The notes under the pieces were generated by a model that was not told where the DNA came from, ran no database searches, and saw nothing but the letters and a program-made list of their open reading frames with translations. A DNA stretch of 64,000 nucleotides, taken from positions 100,316,001 through 100,380,000 of the forward strand of contig OX597816.1 of assembly GCA_951406725.2 (NCBI GenBank), written 5' to 3'. Made by a program: the position numbers and the translations under genes. This DNA is from Octopus vulgaris. Its lineage: Eukaryota. Shown one piece after another: positions 1 through 13,756 of the stretch (position 1 is its first letter; each line of letters starts with the position of its first letter).

Positions 1-2480
1 AGTGAACTGAAATAATACATAATTAAATTTTATATTTATTTGATAAATGACTAAAGCCAAACTAAACAGCCTTTAGTCATGGAATTCTAATCGTATGAGA
101 TTATCACACAAATAAAACATTTTTAGATAGTCAAAATATTTTTTCACATTGAAACAAAACTGTTGCAAAAACAGTTATTTTCTATTCAAACAATACAACT
201 AATTAGAAATTAATTGTTATGTGATTAAGAAAATCACACATTAATGTATAATGAAAAGAAAAATTAAATCTAAACTAATTGTATTTTTTTAACCAAAGGC
301 TGATGTAAATTGTTCAGTAGGAAGTTTTATGATGTAATACTTTAAACATACATGCAGTATTTTGTGTTCTACATCTTAATATTGTTTTAATAAGTTTACA
401 TATTCTTGGATCTTGCACAGTGATGTGCTTGTAGAATTGTTTACTACTAATACTAAATGTATATAACCTACAAGGGTCAATTCAACCAACTGTAAATCTT
501 AGTTAAAAAAGTTAATACTCGAGGCTTTATATTTTAATCAGTGAGCTTACTGGTGCTTATCATCCTTTGGTACACAAGCAGTAGGATGAGAGATAAAGAG
601 AATGATAGTAGAATGGTACAATGGTTGGAGAGGAAACAACTGTTTAATGAGAAAGTAACAAGATGAAGGAAAGAATGACAAATGGTAGATTAATATAAAT
701 ATAAATGTGAGAAAGATCTAAATGTAGATAGTATACATTGTAATTTCCATTATCTCAGCAATCATAGAATTTTAAGTTTGTTTCTCCAAGCTTTCGTGGG
801 TGGGACAAGTTTTTCCAGCATAGTATTTGACACCATATCACAGTCCTTTGTCATTTCCTTCATGAGTTTCAGATCTTCATTTCATATCTTCTATGGTTTT
901 TATGTATGCAACTCTTCATTATGCAATGAACATCTTCCATAAACATCATATACCTATGCAAGAATTGTCTTCTCTCTCCCAAATTTAAGTTTAGCTAAAC
1001 TATTGCTCCATCCTGAGGATGGAGGTAAAGAAAATGATCACAGCCAAATTGAAAAAAAGCTGTCATAGACAGATAAGTGGGATCCAACAGGAATGAAAAT
1101 AAAAAAATATATATAAAAATTATAAAATTGAAACATTATACACTTTTAACACATATTGAACATGATAAACAAATAAAGTCTCACTTTTTAAAAAAATTGC
1201 CAGATTTCACTGAAATAGGTAGTTAATTCTGGGATACTCTGTATAAAATCATCATCATTATCATTATTTTTTGCGGGCTTTCCATACTATTGTGGTACAA
1301 GCATTAGTGAAGGAGTTTCACTCCATAAGAGTAGGGGGTCCTCACCTCTGTGTTCATTAATTCAAAGCTACAAAGCTGAGTAACTGAAGAGAACAAGGGT
1401 GGCAGATGAACCAGGGTAGGTGGAAAAAAAAAGCAAAAGTGTGATAGTAGAAACAGAGCAGTTGAAATGAGAGGGTGGTTTAGAAGCTGAGTGGGTGATA
1501 TGTAGTAAAAGTTGAATAAAGAGTAAGATTGAATGATTAATGTTAATACCAAGTAACCTTGATTGAGTAAATTACGATTTACATATTTTTTCTTTATTAC
1601 TTTATATGTTTCAGTCCTAAGGTTGTAGTCATACTGGGGCACTCTGTGTGTGTGTAAACACAGACATACATACATGCATACACTCATATGTTTCTTGGTT
1701 TGTGATTATAATTTACATTATACAATAACCATAGATGACATAAATTATTATTATTGAAACTCACATTAAATTATATGCAATCATTTTACTTTAGAATTTC
1801 TGTTCCAAAATCTGATTCAATCTTATATAGTAATAAAGTCAATCTATGTAAGTGTACATATGATCTTAAAATTTCTAGGAATTCATTGTTCAAATAATTT
1901 TCCTTTAAGAGTTTTCTTATTCATTATTTTTCAAATCATTTTCATAATTCTTTAAGCAGAAAGGAATTAAAATTTCCAAAATATATCATTGGGATGTCAA
2001 TCACTTATTTAAAATTACAATTTGTTCTTGTTTAAAAGATATTATGCTTCATAGAATTAGTACTTTTGTTAATGTTTGATACTCTTTTACATACATGTGC
2101 TGACTGATTTTTCATTAACTTTTTAGTCTTTCTTTAGTAATGAATTGCTAATTGTGTGTGATGTTATATTTTAGTTTCCTTCTTGTAGTTAGTACAGGCT
2201 TTATTTATTATTAACTTTTATATAAATATTTTACTGCTTCATTTTATTTTCATGCTACTCTGCAGCAAATTTTGCCATAACTTTTGTGTCTGAATTCAGT
2301 TTTGTAGATATATGTCAAGTTGATAATAACATATGATAACCATATTTCTTCAGTTCCTTTATTCTGTTTTGATTGATAGGAATAAATAATTCACATTGAC
2401 TACATAACATCCTTCTATATTTGTCCTATATAAATATTATTCTAGTCTTTCTTACACTCATGCATACATGTGTGTGTATG

Positions 2481-2522
<42 letters not shown>

Positions 2523-3431
2523 AGAACTAAAAATCCAATTCAATTATAAATATTATATAAACTTAACAATATTTTGTGAAAGTCCATTTCATCTCTGTGG
2601 TTGCTGCATTAGCTTTCTTAATTCACACCCTACTATCTTAGATAAGGAGAAGATACACTAGAGGATGTAATCATGATTTCCCCACAAAACACAGGATGAT
2701 TATGACTAGAATGCTTTTGACCATAGAGGCACTTTGGCAGAGTTGAGCTGGGATTAAACCACAACTACTAATGTAAAATCAGCAATTATACAATTCAAAG
2801 AAATCTTACAGCAATGCAAACAGAACCAATGAGAAATGTTCTCAAACTGATAAAAAAAATATTACCATAGTTTTATTGTTCAACTTGAATAGAAGTAATG
2901 TATATTTTAACATATCTTTATAAAAGTTTCTTTTTAATGATAATATGAAAAATAATTGCCAAAATTAACATAGATTATATTTGATTTTTAAAGGATTTTT
3001 ATTTTTACAAGCTTACTTTGCTCTCTTCTTTTGTTTCGCTTTATGTGGTTCAGTTTTTAAGCATTAATAATACTTAGATATGATTTCTAGTTGGCATCAT
3101 AGTAATTTTCCTTTTGAAGATTCTTGTTGACGTTAAATTCATAAACAATTTTGCTGTGAATTATCTGTGTCAATTAACAATATTTTGCTCTCAGTAGAAA
3201 TTAATGCTTTCTTTAATTTCAATGGGCTTCATTTCTTTGCTGACATTGATTTTAGATTTTTTTTACTTATATTCTAATAACAATCACACATACTCCCTAT
3301 TAAGTTATTTGTATCTCCGCTTATTGCTCAACAAACCAATTGCTTTACTTTACTAACAAGGTTCAATAAGCTGTCAAAAATATACACCCATTTCTCTATC
3401 TCTGTCTCTCTCTCTCTCTCTTTCTTCACAG

Positions 3432-3497
3432 TTTCCCACACAGAGATTCGCACGGAAGGCTTCCTCAGCCAACTCTCTACGTCTGAGTCCACCTAAG
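3432..3497 (+). CDS. Candidate host-gene internal exon (66 nt, phase 0-0), FPTQRFARKASSANSLRLSPPK; gene unidentified
   Basis: Long (CT)n polypyrimidine tract ending ttcttcacAG and a strong donor AAG|GTAAGC. Length is a multiple of 3, only phase 0 is stop-free, and GC is higher than the flanks. Confidence 0.6.
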
Positions 3498-4469
3498 GTA
3501 AGCTCAAGGTCATAACAAGTCATATAACACAAATATCTACCATTATTCTTGTAATATTTCTCTGAATGTTCTGGATACATTCATACAAGTTAATTCTTCT
3601 TTGTCATACAGTTCTGATAATACCAACCAACTTCAATAAATTATCATTACTGTCTCCTGTGCATAAATATTAATGCAGAACAATCTGTAATCAAATATAT
3701 GAAAGTAATTAAAACAAAATTCCAGTATTTTAGAAATACTCCAACACTCATGTATGGTTTCATAGAACTGTCTTTTGTTTTTATTACTCTCTAAAAGATC
3801 ATGATTTTGATGAAACTGTTCATTTAGAATATCTCTAGAATTCAGAAAGTAAAAATATTTTTGCATTAATAGATATTAATACTCAAAACACAAAAGTCAT
3901 AAATCATTTTCTTGATTTAAGTGTTTTTCCAATCCAAATTGTTAATCAATGTAGAAGATTTTGTGGAGATTTTATTTCTGACTTTAAGGAATATCATTTT
4001 ATACCAGCTAGCTATTATATTTTGAATGTTCATTGAATTAACCCCTTTTGCTGATGGTTGTCCCAAGTATTGATTTCTGCTGGGCCTAAAGTCAATATTT
4101 TCTTTCTCTTGTCGATCTTCTGTGGTTCATTGATAAATTTTATTGCCTATTCTTCTTATTTGTATTATCATGCACTGAGTTCATGAGATGATTACAAATT
4201 ACAGTTCAGTACTTAAAATATATCCATTTATGTGTACAGATGAAAATTTGCATGCATTTCATTGATTATACATTAATACTACAAATCAAAATTGAATAGA
4301 AGTAACAAACTACTATAGAACTTGTACAGTAATTTTACATACATATGTAGGCTTGCTTGTGTTTGTGTGTGTGTGTGTATCGATAGATAGATGTGTGTAA
4401 ATTTATCATCATCATCATCATTGCTTTAACATTCAACTTATATGTATGTATGTATGTATGTATACATGC

Positions 4470-4943
4470 ATTTATATGTTTTGTTTTGTGTGTACCTTTT
4501 CATGCATATGCTTGCATATGTAGACATGCTCATATATACTTAAATGATAAACTTCTGGTTAGTCTTACAGATATTTACAGTTCCAGTGATGGCTTGAATC
4601 TGTAGACTTCGAATCAGCTTTCTCTTTTCTGGTTTTGAGAAGCCTAATTTCTCACAATTGGTATTTAGGCAGTGTGTTACATATCCCAGTGCCCACAGGT
4701 ATAAACTTGAACTTGTAATCTAGAGAGAGTAACTTCAGATTTCTCAATAGTTCAGCATAGGTATTCCCTTTTTCACTGATCTTCAGCTGTATGTTAACAT
4801 CAGCTGGGCAGCTGACTTCCACAAATGTACATTTTCTCTTCTCTGTCCCAAATTATTATATCAAGTCTATTGTGTTTACATTCTATTGAGGTTTTCACTG
4901 GGACATTCCACCAGTACTTTTTATTATAAGTGGTTAGGGCTTC

Positions 4944-4944
<1 letters not shown>
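4470..4944 (-). mobile_element. 3' fragment of an R4/Dong-like non-LTR retrotransposon (restriction-like endonuclease domain)
   Basis: Minus-strand translation across a frameshift: YWWNVPVKTSIECKHNRLDIIIWDREEK..FVEVSCPADVNIQLKISEK..YAELLRNL, i.e. the (P)D...E REL motif. The truncated 5' end abuts a (TA)n(TG)n run. Confidence 0.8.
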
Positions 4945-5021
<77 letters not shown>

Positions 5022-5179
5022 CTCCTCCACGAGGTTCGGTATCTTGAGAACCTTCAGTACTTTATCCTATGTCTTCCCAAGCCTCCCCTCTTCACAAGTT
5101 CCATACACTTTGAACAACTGGCACTTTTTTTTATGTAGCTGTCCTCATCCATATACATCCTGTAACAGATGTATCCCCA

Positions 5180-6525
5180 TCCTCATCATCATCCTTTTTA
5201 ACATCTGTATCCCATGCTGCCATGAGTTGGACAGTTTGACAGGATCCAACAAACCTGAAGGCTGGACCTAGCTCCAGTGAGCCTTGCCATGGTTTCTACA
5301 ACTGGATGCCTTTTCTAACACTCATCACATTGCAGTGTGTACTGAATGCCTTTTTCATGACACCAGCACTAGTGAGGTTGCCAAGGAACTTGCATGACAA
5401 AAAATAAAAACGGCTGTTGTGAGTAAGTGGGGGGCAAGATTTGAGAGGCTTTATGACAAGTGCAGAAAGGTTAAAGCATGATATAGGGACAAGCACAGCT
5501 CTCTTTCTATGGAAGCGACATATGCCTACCCCACATTATATAAAGTGGATGGGAATAGTTGGGAAGGAGGTAAAGAATGTAGTGGTGTAGTGACAAAGCA
5601 AACGCTTAAAGTACAAGAAAGTGAGCTCAGACAATGATCAGGAGAAGAGAGGAAAGAGTGGATACATTCATAAGAGTGTGTGAATGAGTAGCAGATGGTT
5701 AAAGATGAAGTTAGAGGCAAATATAGTGAGGTTGGAGATATGTTTGATGGGAAATATCCATATGGAGAGATGTAATGTGTGATAGACATGAGTGGCTCAA
5801 GAAAGATAGATCAGAAAGTAGAGTGCAAGGTGTTGACTGATGAGTATTTATAAGGGTAGCTATTGTGAATCAGGTGTGATGGCAGATATGAGTGGGTGCT
5901 GAGAAAGATAGTAAATATGTTAGGTGTTAAAATGGAGTATGGCTGAGGAGAGATAACAGAAGGGACAAAAGGAGGTGATTGGTGAAAATGGTAAGGACAA
6001 GGGATGGAAGTAGTTCTTGTAGTGGTGGAGGATAACAGTTAGTACAAAGAAAGGGGAAGGAGTAATATGTGCTGATACAGCCTTCAAGTGATTACAGTTG
6101 TTAAATAGTGCCATAGAAAGAGAAGTGATATACAGCTGAGTATTTGGTTAATGAGATGTAAAGAATGGGCTACAACATTAGCAGAAAACTATTAAAACAT
6201 CATTTTTGCAGTGGTGGGCAAGCCTTCTCAAATACAGTAATCCTTTCTCTTCTCCTCTATGAGGTTCAGTATCTAGAGAACCTTCAGCTCCATTCCTCCC
6301 TAGTTGTCACATGTCCTCAGCATTCACTGCTCATATTTCACTACCATGTAGCTTTGTTGTTCATATACGGGCATCATAGAATCTTTCACTTGCAGCAAGA
6401 AACCTCTTGGTAACAGCTCTCTCAACTTCTTCCATCATATTCTTATTCTAGTAACTATACTTTAAGAGCATCTTCCACTATTCATAATTAGGTCACCTAG
6501 GTCACAGAAACTATTTACTACCTCC
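5180..6525 (-). mobile_element. Old, diverged 5'-truncated RTE LINE
   Basis: (CAT)n tail and ...ctggatgccttttctaac... 3' motif near 5180-5330; decayed RT C-terminus (EVVNSFCDLGD..RIRI..RELLP) at about 6200-6525. Confidence 0.7.
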
Positions 6526-6526
6526 T

Positions 6527-6876
6527 GTGAGCCAATGCCAGTACCCACTGACTGGCTCTTGTGCCGGTGGCATGTAAAAAGCACCATCTGGACGTGGTCA
6601 ATGCCAGTACTCCCTGACTGACTCTCATGCCAGTGGCATGTAAAAAGCACTATCTGAACATGATTGATGCCAGGCCCACCTGACTGGCTCCTATGCCGGT
6701 GGCACATAAAAAGCACCAACTACACTCTTGGAGTGCTTGGTGTCAGGAAGGGCATCCAGCTGTAGAAACATTGCCAGATCAGGTTGGAAACTTGTGCAGC
6801 CACTGGCTCTCCAGACCTCAGTCAAACCATCCTACCCATGCCAGCATGGAAAACGGACGTTAAACAATGATGATGA

Positions 6877-6880
<4 letters not shown>
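6527..6880 (+). mobile_element. RTE 3' UTR fragment with about 3 x 63-bp tandem units
   Basis: Matches the 3' end of the full-length RTE (ggaagggcatccagctgtagaaac ... ccatgccagcatggaaaacggacgttaaac(gat)n); followed by (TA)n. Confidence 0.9.
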
Positions 6881-6915
<35 letters not shown>

Positions 6916-6924
6916 CGACAGTCA

Positions 6925-7303
6925 CACAAGGACGTGGGTGTGTTGTAACAAGTTTGCTTCCCAACCACATAGTTCTAGGTTCAGTCCCACTGTGTGGAGC
7001 CTTAGACTAGTGCCTTCTACTATAACCCCAAGTTGACCAAAGCCTTATGAGAGAAATTGGTAGAAAAACACCCTGTCTTATATATGTGTGTGTGCATCTG
7101 TGAGTGTGTGTATGTTTGTGTCATATAAGCAGTGTCATTCATTTCCAATATTCTGCAAGAACATGTCTGGCTATGGGAAATATCTTGGCTGGACACAGGT
7201 GAGGTTTGGTGACCAGAATGGCATCTTGTCTTGGAAAGATCTGCTTCAATAAACTCCATCTGATCCACGCAAGTATGGAAAAGTGGCATTAAAATAATGA
7301 AGA
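6925..7303 (+). mobile_element. tRNA-derived SINE with an RTE-type 3' tail
   Basis: Head and body similar to the SINE at 29771 (B-box-like ggttcagtccc, then cttctactata...gaccaaagcc), but ends in ...cacgcaagtatggaaaagtggcattaaaataatgaagat, like the RTE tail. Confidence 0.7.
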
Positions 7304-7348
7304 TTATATGTTGTGTGTGTGTGTATACATAAATGCACATACGCACGT

Positions 7349-7387
<39 letters not shown>

Positions 7388-7725
7388 ATGCATATATTTT
7401 ATATATATATATATATATCTCTTCCTAGAGTGGCCAAAACAGCTTCTTCTCACAATGCATAACCAAGGAAATCTGTCACCTATTAGGCTTGGTATAACAT
7501 CAGACTCATGTTGTGCATCTTATATACCCCAATATTAGATTATTTTCTTTAGCCAATACACGGTGATCACTTATAAGCTTTAAGCTTACAATCATTATGA
7601 TATATATATATACATGCATATATTTTAAGTATGGGAAAAAGAAACAGAAAATGGAGAAATTAACATATATAGACATCAATTTACTAGAGGATAATACAAT
7701 TCTGAACAACATCAAACTCTGTTTA

Positions 7726-7817
7726 CCCACAATTGTTTCCATGCCCATTTGCTTCAATTTCAGAAATTAAATTAAATTTCCATATTGAATATTGTTAATT
7801 GGGTATTTCATCAGGGG
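7726..7817 (-). ncRNA. Degenerate type I hammerhead-ribozyme-like motif in a Penelope-like terminal repeat
   Basis: Minus strand: ccc-CTGATGA-a-ataccca...tgggcat-g-GAAA-caattg-t-ggg, with a palindromic loop III (CAATTG); the cleavage triplet is defective. Related sequence is inverted at about 10435-10575, where GAAA-CAATTG-TA is intact but the CTGATGA half is missing. Confidence 0.5.
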
Positions 7818-7923
7818 ATGAATTTGATAGAAAGGAGCTACATTCCAATGTGTTGCTTGAGCCTTGCTAGACTCAGATATGTTTCATCAACCAAAGTGTT
7901 TAAAAAACTGTTACCTATGTATA

Positions 7924-8491
7924 TCATCATCATCATTTAACGTCCGTTTTCCATGCTAGCATGGGTTGGACGGTTCAACTGGTGTCTGGGAAGCCAGGAG
8001 GCTACGCCAGGCCCAGTCTGATCTGGCAGTGTTTCTACAGCTGGATGCCCTTCCCAATGCCAACCACTCCGAGAGTGTAGTGGGTGCTTTTTATGTGCCA
8101 GACGAGGCTGGCAACAGCCACAATCGGATGGTGCTTTTTACGTGCCACCGGCACGGAGGCCAGTCGGGGCGGCGCTGGCAACGGCCACATTCGGACGGTT
8201 CTCTTACGTGCCACCGGCACTGGTCTCTCAGCTACAATTTCCATTGCTGTTGAAAGATTTCGATTTCAATTTTCACTTGCCTCAACAGGTCTTCACAAGT
8301 AGGGTTTGTGTCACAAGAAGGAACGGTATGCATAAGTGGGCTGGCTACGTCCCAGGTAGAGACCACGGGTTATGGTCTCACTTGTCCTGCCGGGTCTTCC
8401 CACGCACAGCATACTTCCAAAGGTCTCGGTCTCTGGTCATTTCCTCGGTGAGACCTAAAGTTCGAAGGTCGTTCTTCACCACCTCGTCCCA
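7924..8491 (-). mobile_element. 5'-truncated RTE LINE (RT C-terminal end plus 3' UTR)
   Basis: (CAT)n tail at 7924; encodes WDEVVKNDLRTLGLTEEMTRDRDLWKYAV.EKTRQDK on the minus strand, matching the full-length copy. Confidence 0.92.
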
Positions 8492-9289
8492 GTAAATGCA
8501 AATTTGTTTAATGCATTTGTGTGCATGTGTGTATAATGTGTTCACAAAAACAAAAGCAAAATATCCATTAGCTTAATATTTGAATACGATTATTTTAAAC
8601 TAGAAACTAAAAAGGCATTATTCCTAACTTGCATTATTACTTATGATAGATCGAAATGTCATTATAGTATTTAATCACTTAATAAATTTATTATAAGTCA
8701 CCCAGTCGCAATCTAGAAATTATAATTAAATAATAAATTATCATTATTATTATATTTTTATTTTAAAAACGATAGTTACTTATATGTAATATTTTCATTA
8801 TGTATTTGTGCATGCTTGTGTTAATGTGTTGAAAGCTACGAGACAATGACAAATCAAAAATGCTTACTAATTACCATAGCTGAATATTATGTCATCAATA
8901 TTTGTGCACAATATATTAGTTTACTTGATAATGTGAACAGATACATACGAGCTTCATTGAGGGAAGCACTTATGTTAACAAATCAAAATTAATGAATTTA
9001 ATAAAAATTAAGACCATTTTTGAATTAATATGTAGTGTCTTTAACTTAAGATTACCAATTATTTTTGAAATATATTAATCTCAGATTCCTAAGATATCTA
9101 CTTAAATTAAAATCCTATTAACCTTTATATAATACAGTAACCTGTAAATAAAATATTATGTCCATATTTACCATATATTTTAATATTAATATGATATCTA
9201 CTATGAATTACCTCATCTTTATAGTTATAATTGTTAGTATATCAATCCTGAGATACCTCCTAAATTTATAGTCCTGGTAACTTTTACAT

Positions 9290-10430
9290 TGTATTTAATG
9301 GTAGTTTTTGAAAACATATTTATAGGTGTGAACACTGGATAGCCCACCTTTTTACCTTGTGTTAAGGAGTCTACGTTTGGAATTTAAGATTTGGTATAAT
9401 AATTCTTCTATGCAAAGAAAACAAAAGGCATTGCCAATTTTATAAGCACTGACCCTGCTTATTATTTCCCATCCAACAGTAAACATTTTATTCTTGTCCT
9501 TTAAGTTCCAAATAAATTTACTAAGACTGATTATAAGACGACTTATTAAATGTGTAATTGTGATTAGCGATGCTCTTTTTGATATAGTTTTGCATAGTAC
9601 CGATGTAAAAGAAATTCCTACCTTCATATTTCACTCTATATCCATACACTACAACAGTTATTTCTATCTTTGCAATCACAATATACATTTTCAATTCTAT
9701 TCATAATACTATTATGATTTATATGATTAGATAGAGCATGATCATGATTTGCATCGTTATTTCTATTCTTTGGATTAAGATGGAATTTAAAGTGGGTTGT
9801 TTTCTCTTGTATGTTAGAAAACTTATACATTTTTCACTAACATTGTATCTTAGAATATTATTGTTGCATTTTATCAGCTAATTATTGCTATAAAAATTTG
9901 ATAGTTTCCTTTCCTTAAGGGAAGAAATAATATGGGACATATCACAACTTTATCACAATCTTCAAAACAGAAAAAGTCATATGGAGAAAACTAGAGTTAA
10001 TTACATCATAATATCAATTTTCTTTGATAAAATGTTTAGAAAATAGTTTGTATAAAGATCCAACTAAATTGTTCTTAATTTGGTTAATGAATAGAATGTG
10101 ACAAATAATATTATTCTTATCAGAAGGTAAATTATGATTTTCAAATTATTTAATCTTACTATACTTATATGGGTTGTGTCTTTTAATTCCATTATTTCTA
10201 TTACTAATATCCTGAGCATTATCCGATGTACGATGCAGTAAATTGGTTTTCATGTTTTGCATATCATTGTTATCTATAAGATGTTTATTTTTATAAGTTT
10301 TCTATCCTTATTTCTATTAGGCCCTTTAAAAATATAGCTACCATGAGTAACTCCCATGTTATTACAGCCACCATGGTTGACATTTTGTGCATAATACTTT
10401 AACTTCTGGCTATAACCAGCTTTGCTGAGT
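9290..10430 (-). mobile_element. Decayed Penelope-like element of Naiad type (RT-EN linker plus C-terminal GIY-YIG endonuclease)
   Basis: Minus-strand fragments in order: LSKAGYSQKLKY; NNIICHILFINQIKNNL..LFSKHF; YCDCKDRNNC; FYIG (YIG motif); SLSKFIWNLKDKNK..VGWEII..AY..CFLCIEE..LLNTR. Order and motifs match Naiad-type PLE proteins. Confidence 0.8.
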
Positions 10431-11200
10431 GGCATATTTTCTTAAATTGAAGTAATTGGGCATGGAAACAATTGTAGGTGAAATTGAGTTTCATATTGTT
10501 CAGCATTGTAATTCTTTTCTAATTAATTGATGTCTATATGCCGATTTCTCGATTTTCTTTTCCTCATACATAAAATATAGCATGACCATTTCCATCAAAG
10601 CGAAGCTAGCATCTTTGATTTTTCACTGATACACTGGATATAACTAGGGAACTTGGATGCTGACATCCCTTTTGGAGGATAGTTACCTTTGATTTAATGA
10701 TATATATATATATATATATCAATCCTGAAGAGAAGCACACCCTTAGATAAAAGAAATGATACTTCACATATTTAAATTTTTATTGTTTACGGTAGTTACT
10801 TTTAAATGGAGTGGGATGTTTAAAGTTAGAAATGCATACGAGTTGACGTAATAAATATTTTAGAAATAGATGTCAAATACTATTTCCAACCGATAATTGC
10901 AAAGCATGTTTGTCATGCAGAGCATGAAATCAATTGTTATTGGGACATGTATTACTTATCTTCGTATTCCATTGAGAGGTAGGCCTATTTTTTAAAAATG
11001 TTCATTGCATTGCTCGTGTGTATATTTATTGTAAAATTTATGGTGGTTTTCTGAAGCTGTGGCTTTGATTTTTAGCAAGGGGTATTTTTACCCTTCTTTC
11101 TTCAATTATTTTATATTGTACCTGTAGAGGTAGAAACCTTGCTAGCCACCTCATTATTACTGTTTTTTAATGGTAATAATACTTCATACACACATACACA

Positions 11201-11232
<32 letters not shown>

Positions 11233-11233
<1 letters not shown>

Positions 11234-13756
11234 CATTATCATCGTTTAACGTCTGCTTTCCATGCTGGCATGGGTTGGAAGATTTGACTGAGGACTGGTG
11301 AACCAGATGGCTGCACCAGGTTCCAATCTGATATGGCAAACTTTCTACAGCTGGATGCCCTTCCTAATGCCAACTACACCAAGCGTGTAGTAGATGCTTT
11401 TATGTGCCACCGGCACGAGGGCCAGTCAGGCGGTACTGGCAACAGCCATATTCAAATGGTCTTTTTTATGTGCCACCTGCACAGGAGCCAGTCAAGCAGC
11501 ACTGGCAACGACCTCACTCGAATATTTTTTCACATGCCACCAGCAGAAGTGCCTGTAAGGTGACGCTAGTAACGATCACGCTTGAATGGTGCTTTTTACA
11601 TGACACCAGCACAGAAGCCAGTCAGCTACTCTAGCAACGATCATTCTTGGATGGTGCTCTTAGCGCTCCTCTAGCATAGATGCCAGTCATCAAATTTGAT
11701 TTCGATTTCATTTGCCTCAACAGGTCTTCGCAAGAAGAGTTTAGTGTCCCAAGAAGGAAAGAAGTGCATAAGTGGGCTGGTTACACCTCTTGTATAGGCC
11801 ACGGGTTATGGTCTCACTAGGCTTGCTGGGTCTTCTCAAGCTCAGCATATTTCCAAAGGTCTCGGTCACTTGTCATTTCCTCGGTGAGGCCTAATGTTTG
11901 AAGGTCATGTTTCACCACCACATCCCAGGTTTTCCTGGGTCTACCACTTCCACAGGTTCCCTCAACTGCTAGGGTGTGGCACATTTTCACACAACTATCC
12001 TTATCCATTCTCACCACATGACCATACCAGTTCAGTCATCTCTCTTGCACGCCACATCTGATGCTTCTTAGGTCCAACTTTTGTCTCAAGGTACTTACAC
12101 TCTGTCGAGTATGCACACTGACATTACATATCCAACGGAGCATACGGGCTTCATTCCTTGTAAGCTTATGCATGTCTTTAGCAGTCACGGCGCATATTTC
12201 ACTGCCATGTAGCATGGCTGTTCATACACATGCGTCATACAGTCTACCTTTCATTCTGAGCGAGAGACCCTTTGTCACCAGCAGAAGTAAGAACTCTCTG
12301 AACTTTGCCCAAGCTATTCTTATTCTAGCAGCTACACTTTCAGTGCACCCATCCCAGCGACTGAATTGGTCACCTAGGTAATGGAAGCTATCAACTACTT
12401 CTAGTTTTTCTCCCTGGAATGTGACAAGTTGTTCTCTGCCCATTTTCAGTGTTTATTGCTCCTGAGCATCTGCCACATACAAAACCTATCTTCCCAGTTA
12501 GCCTTTCTGTGATATTGCTGCAACTCTTATGTGTCCATAGCTTACACTGGATACATCTTATAGAGTTTCTACCTACACCTTTTCTGCAGATTGAGCAGGG
12601 CCATCTGTCTGAAGGGATTCGTGGTTTGTCTGCCTTCCTACTTATTAGGACTTTGGTTTTAGCTAGGTTGACTCTAAGGCCCTTCCATTCTAATCCTTGC
12701 TTCCCTGCCTGAAACTTCTCCTCTAGTCCTGATAGTGACTCAGCAGTTAGAGCAAGGTCATCAGCATAGAGGAGCTCCCAGGGGCATCCGTCTTGAATTC
12801 CTTTGTTATTGCCTGGTGGACTATGATAAATAGGAGGGGGCTGAGGTCTGAACCTTGGTCGACCCCTGCCTCTACCTAGAATTCTTCACTGTACTCATTG
12901 CCAACCCTCACCTTACTGACAGCGTCCCTGTACATGGCTTGCACAGCTCTCACTAACCATTCATCTATCCTTAGTTTCCTCATTGGCCACCAGATAAGAG
13001 ATCGCGGCACCCTGTCAAAGGCTTTCTCCATGTCAACGAAAGCCAGGTACAGAGGTTTATCTTTGGCTAGGTATTTCTCCTGCAGCTGTCTTAGCAGAAA
13101 TATAGCATCAGTGGTGCTTTTCCCTGGCACGAACCCTAACTGCATCTTATCCAAACTGACTCTCTCCCTAATTAGTTGGGCTCTGACCCCCTCCATGACC
13201 TTCATTACCTGATCGAACAACTCAATACCTCTGTAATTATTTGTATCTAAAGCGTCATCTTTACCTTTGTAGCAGTTGACTATGGTGCTGCTACACCAGT
13301 CATTGGGTATGACTCCTTCGTGTATCACCTGGTTAACTATATGAGTGACTAGGCTATAGCCAACACTGCCAGACATTTTGAGCATCTCTGCAGTGATTCC
13401 TGATGGGCCGGGGACTTTCTCTGTCTTCATACTCTTTATTGCTTTATCTACCAAGGTACTGTCAATTCAGATAGCTGGTCCCTCTGTTGGGTCAACATTC
13501 GGCAGACTCTCTTTATCCCATTCATTCTCTTTATTGAGCAACCTTTCATAGTGGCATCTCCAAACCCCTCTCTTTGCATCCTCATTTAGTGCAAATGAAC
13601 CATCATCCATGCAGACACATTTCTCTCTTATGACAACATGATTCTCTCTCAAACTCTGTCTTGCAACACGAAAGTTTTTGGTCCTCATGGTGCAGAACAT
13701 TGGCAAATTTTTACTTTTCTGCTTCCCATCTGGCTAAATAAACCTGTCTCCTAGCT

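Noticed and set aside
2990-4190. Possible minus-strand piggyBac transposase relic (INIYAQ, NVSRTFREILQ, MKPIEI)
   Set aside because: Only faint motif echoes with many stops and no TIR; cannot be supported without a profile search.
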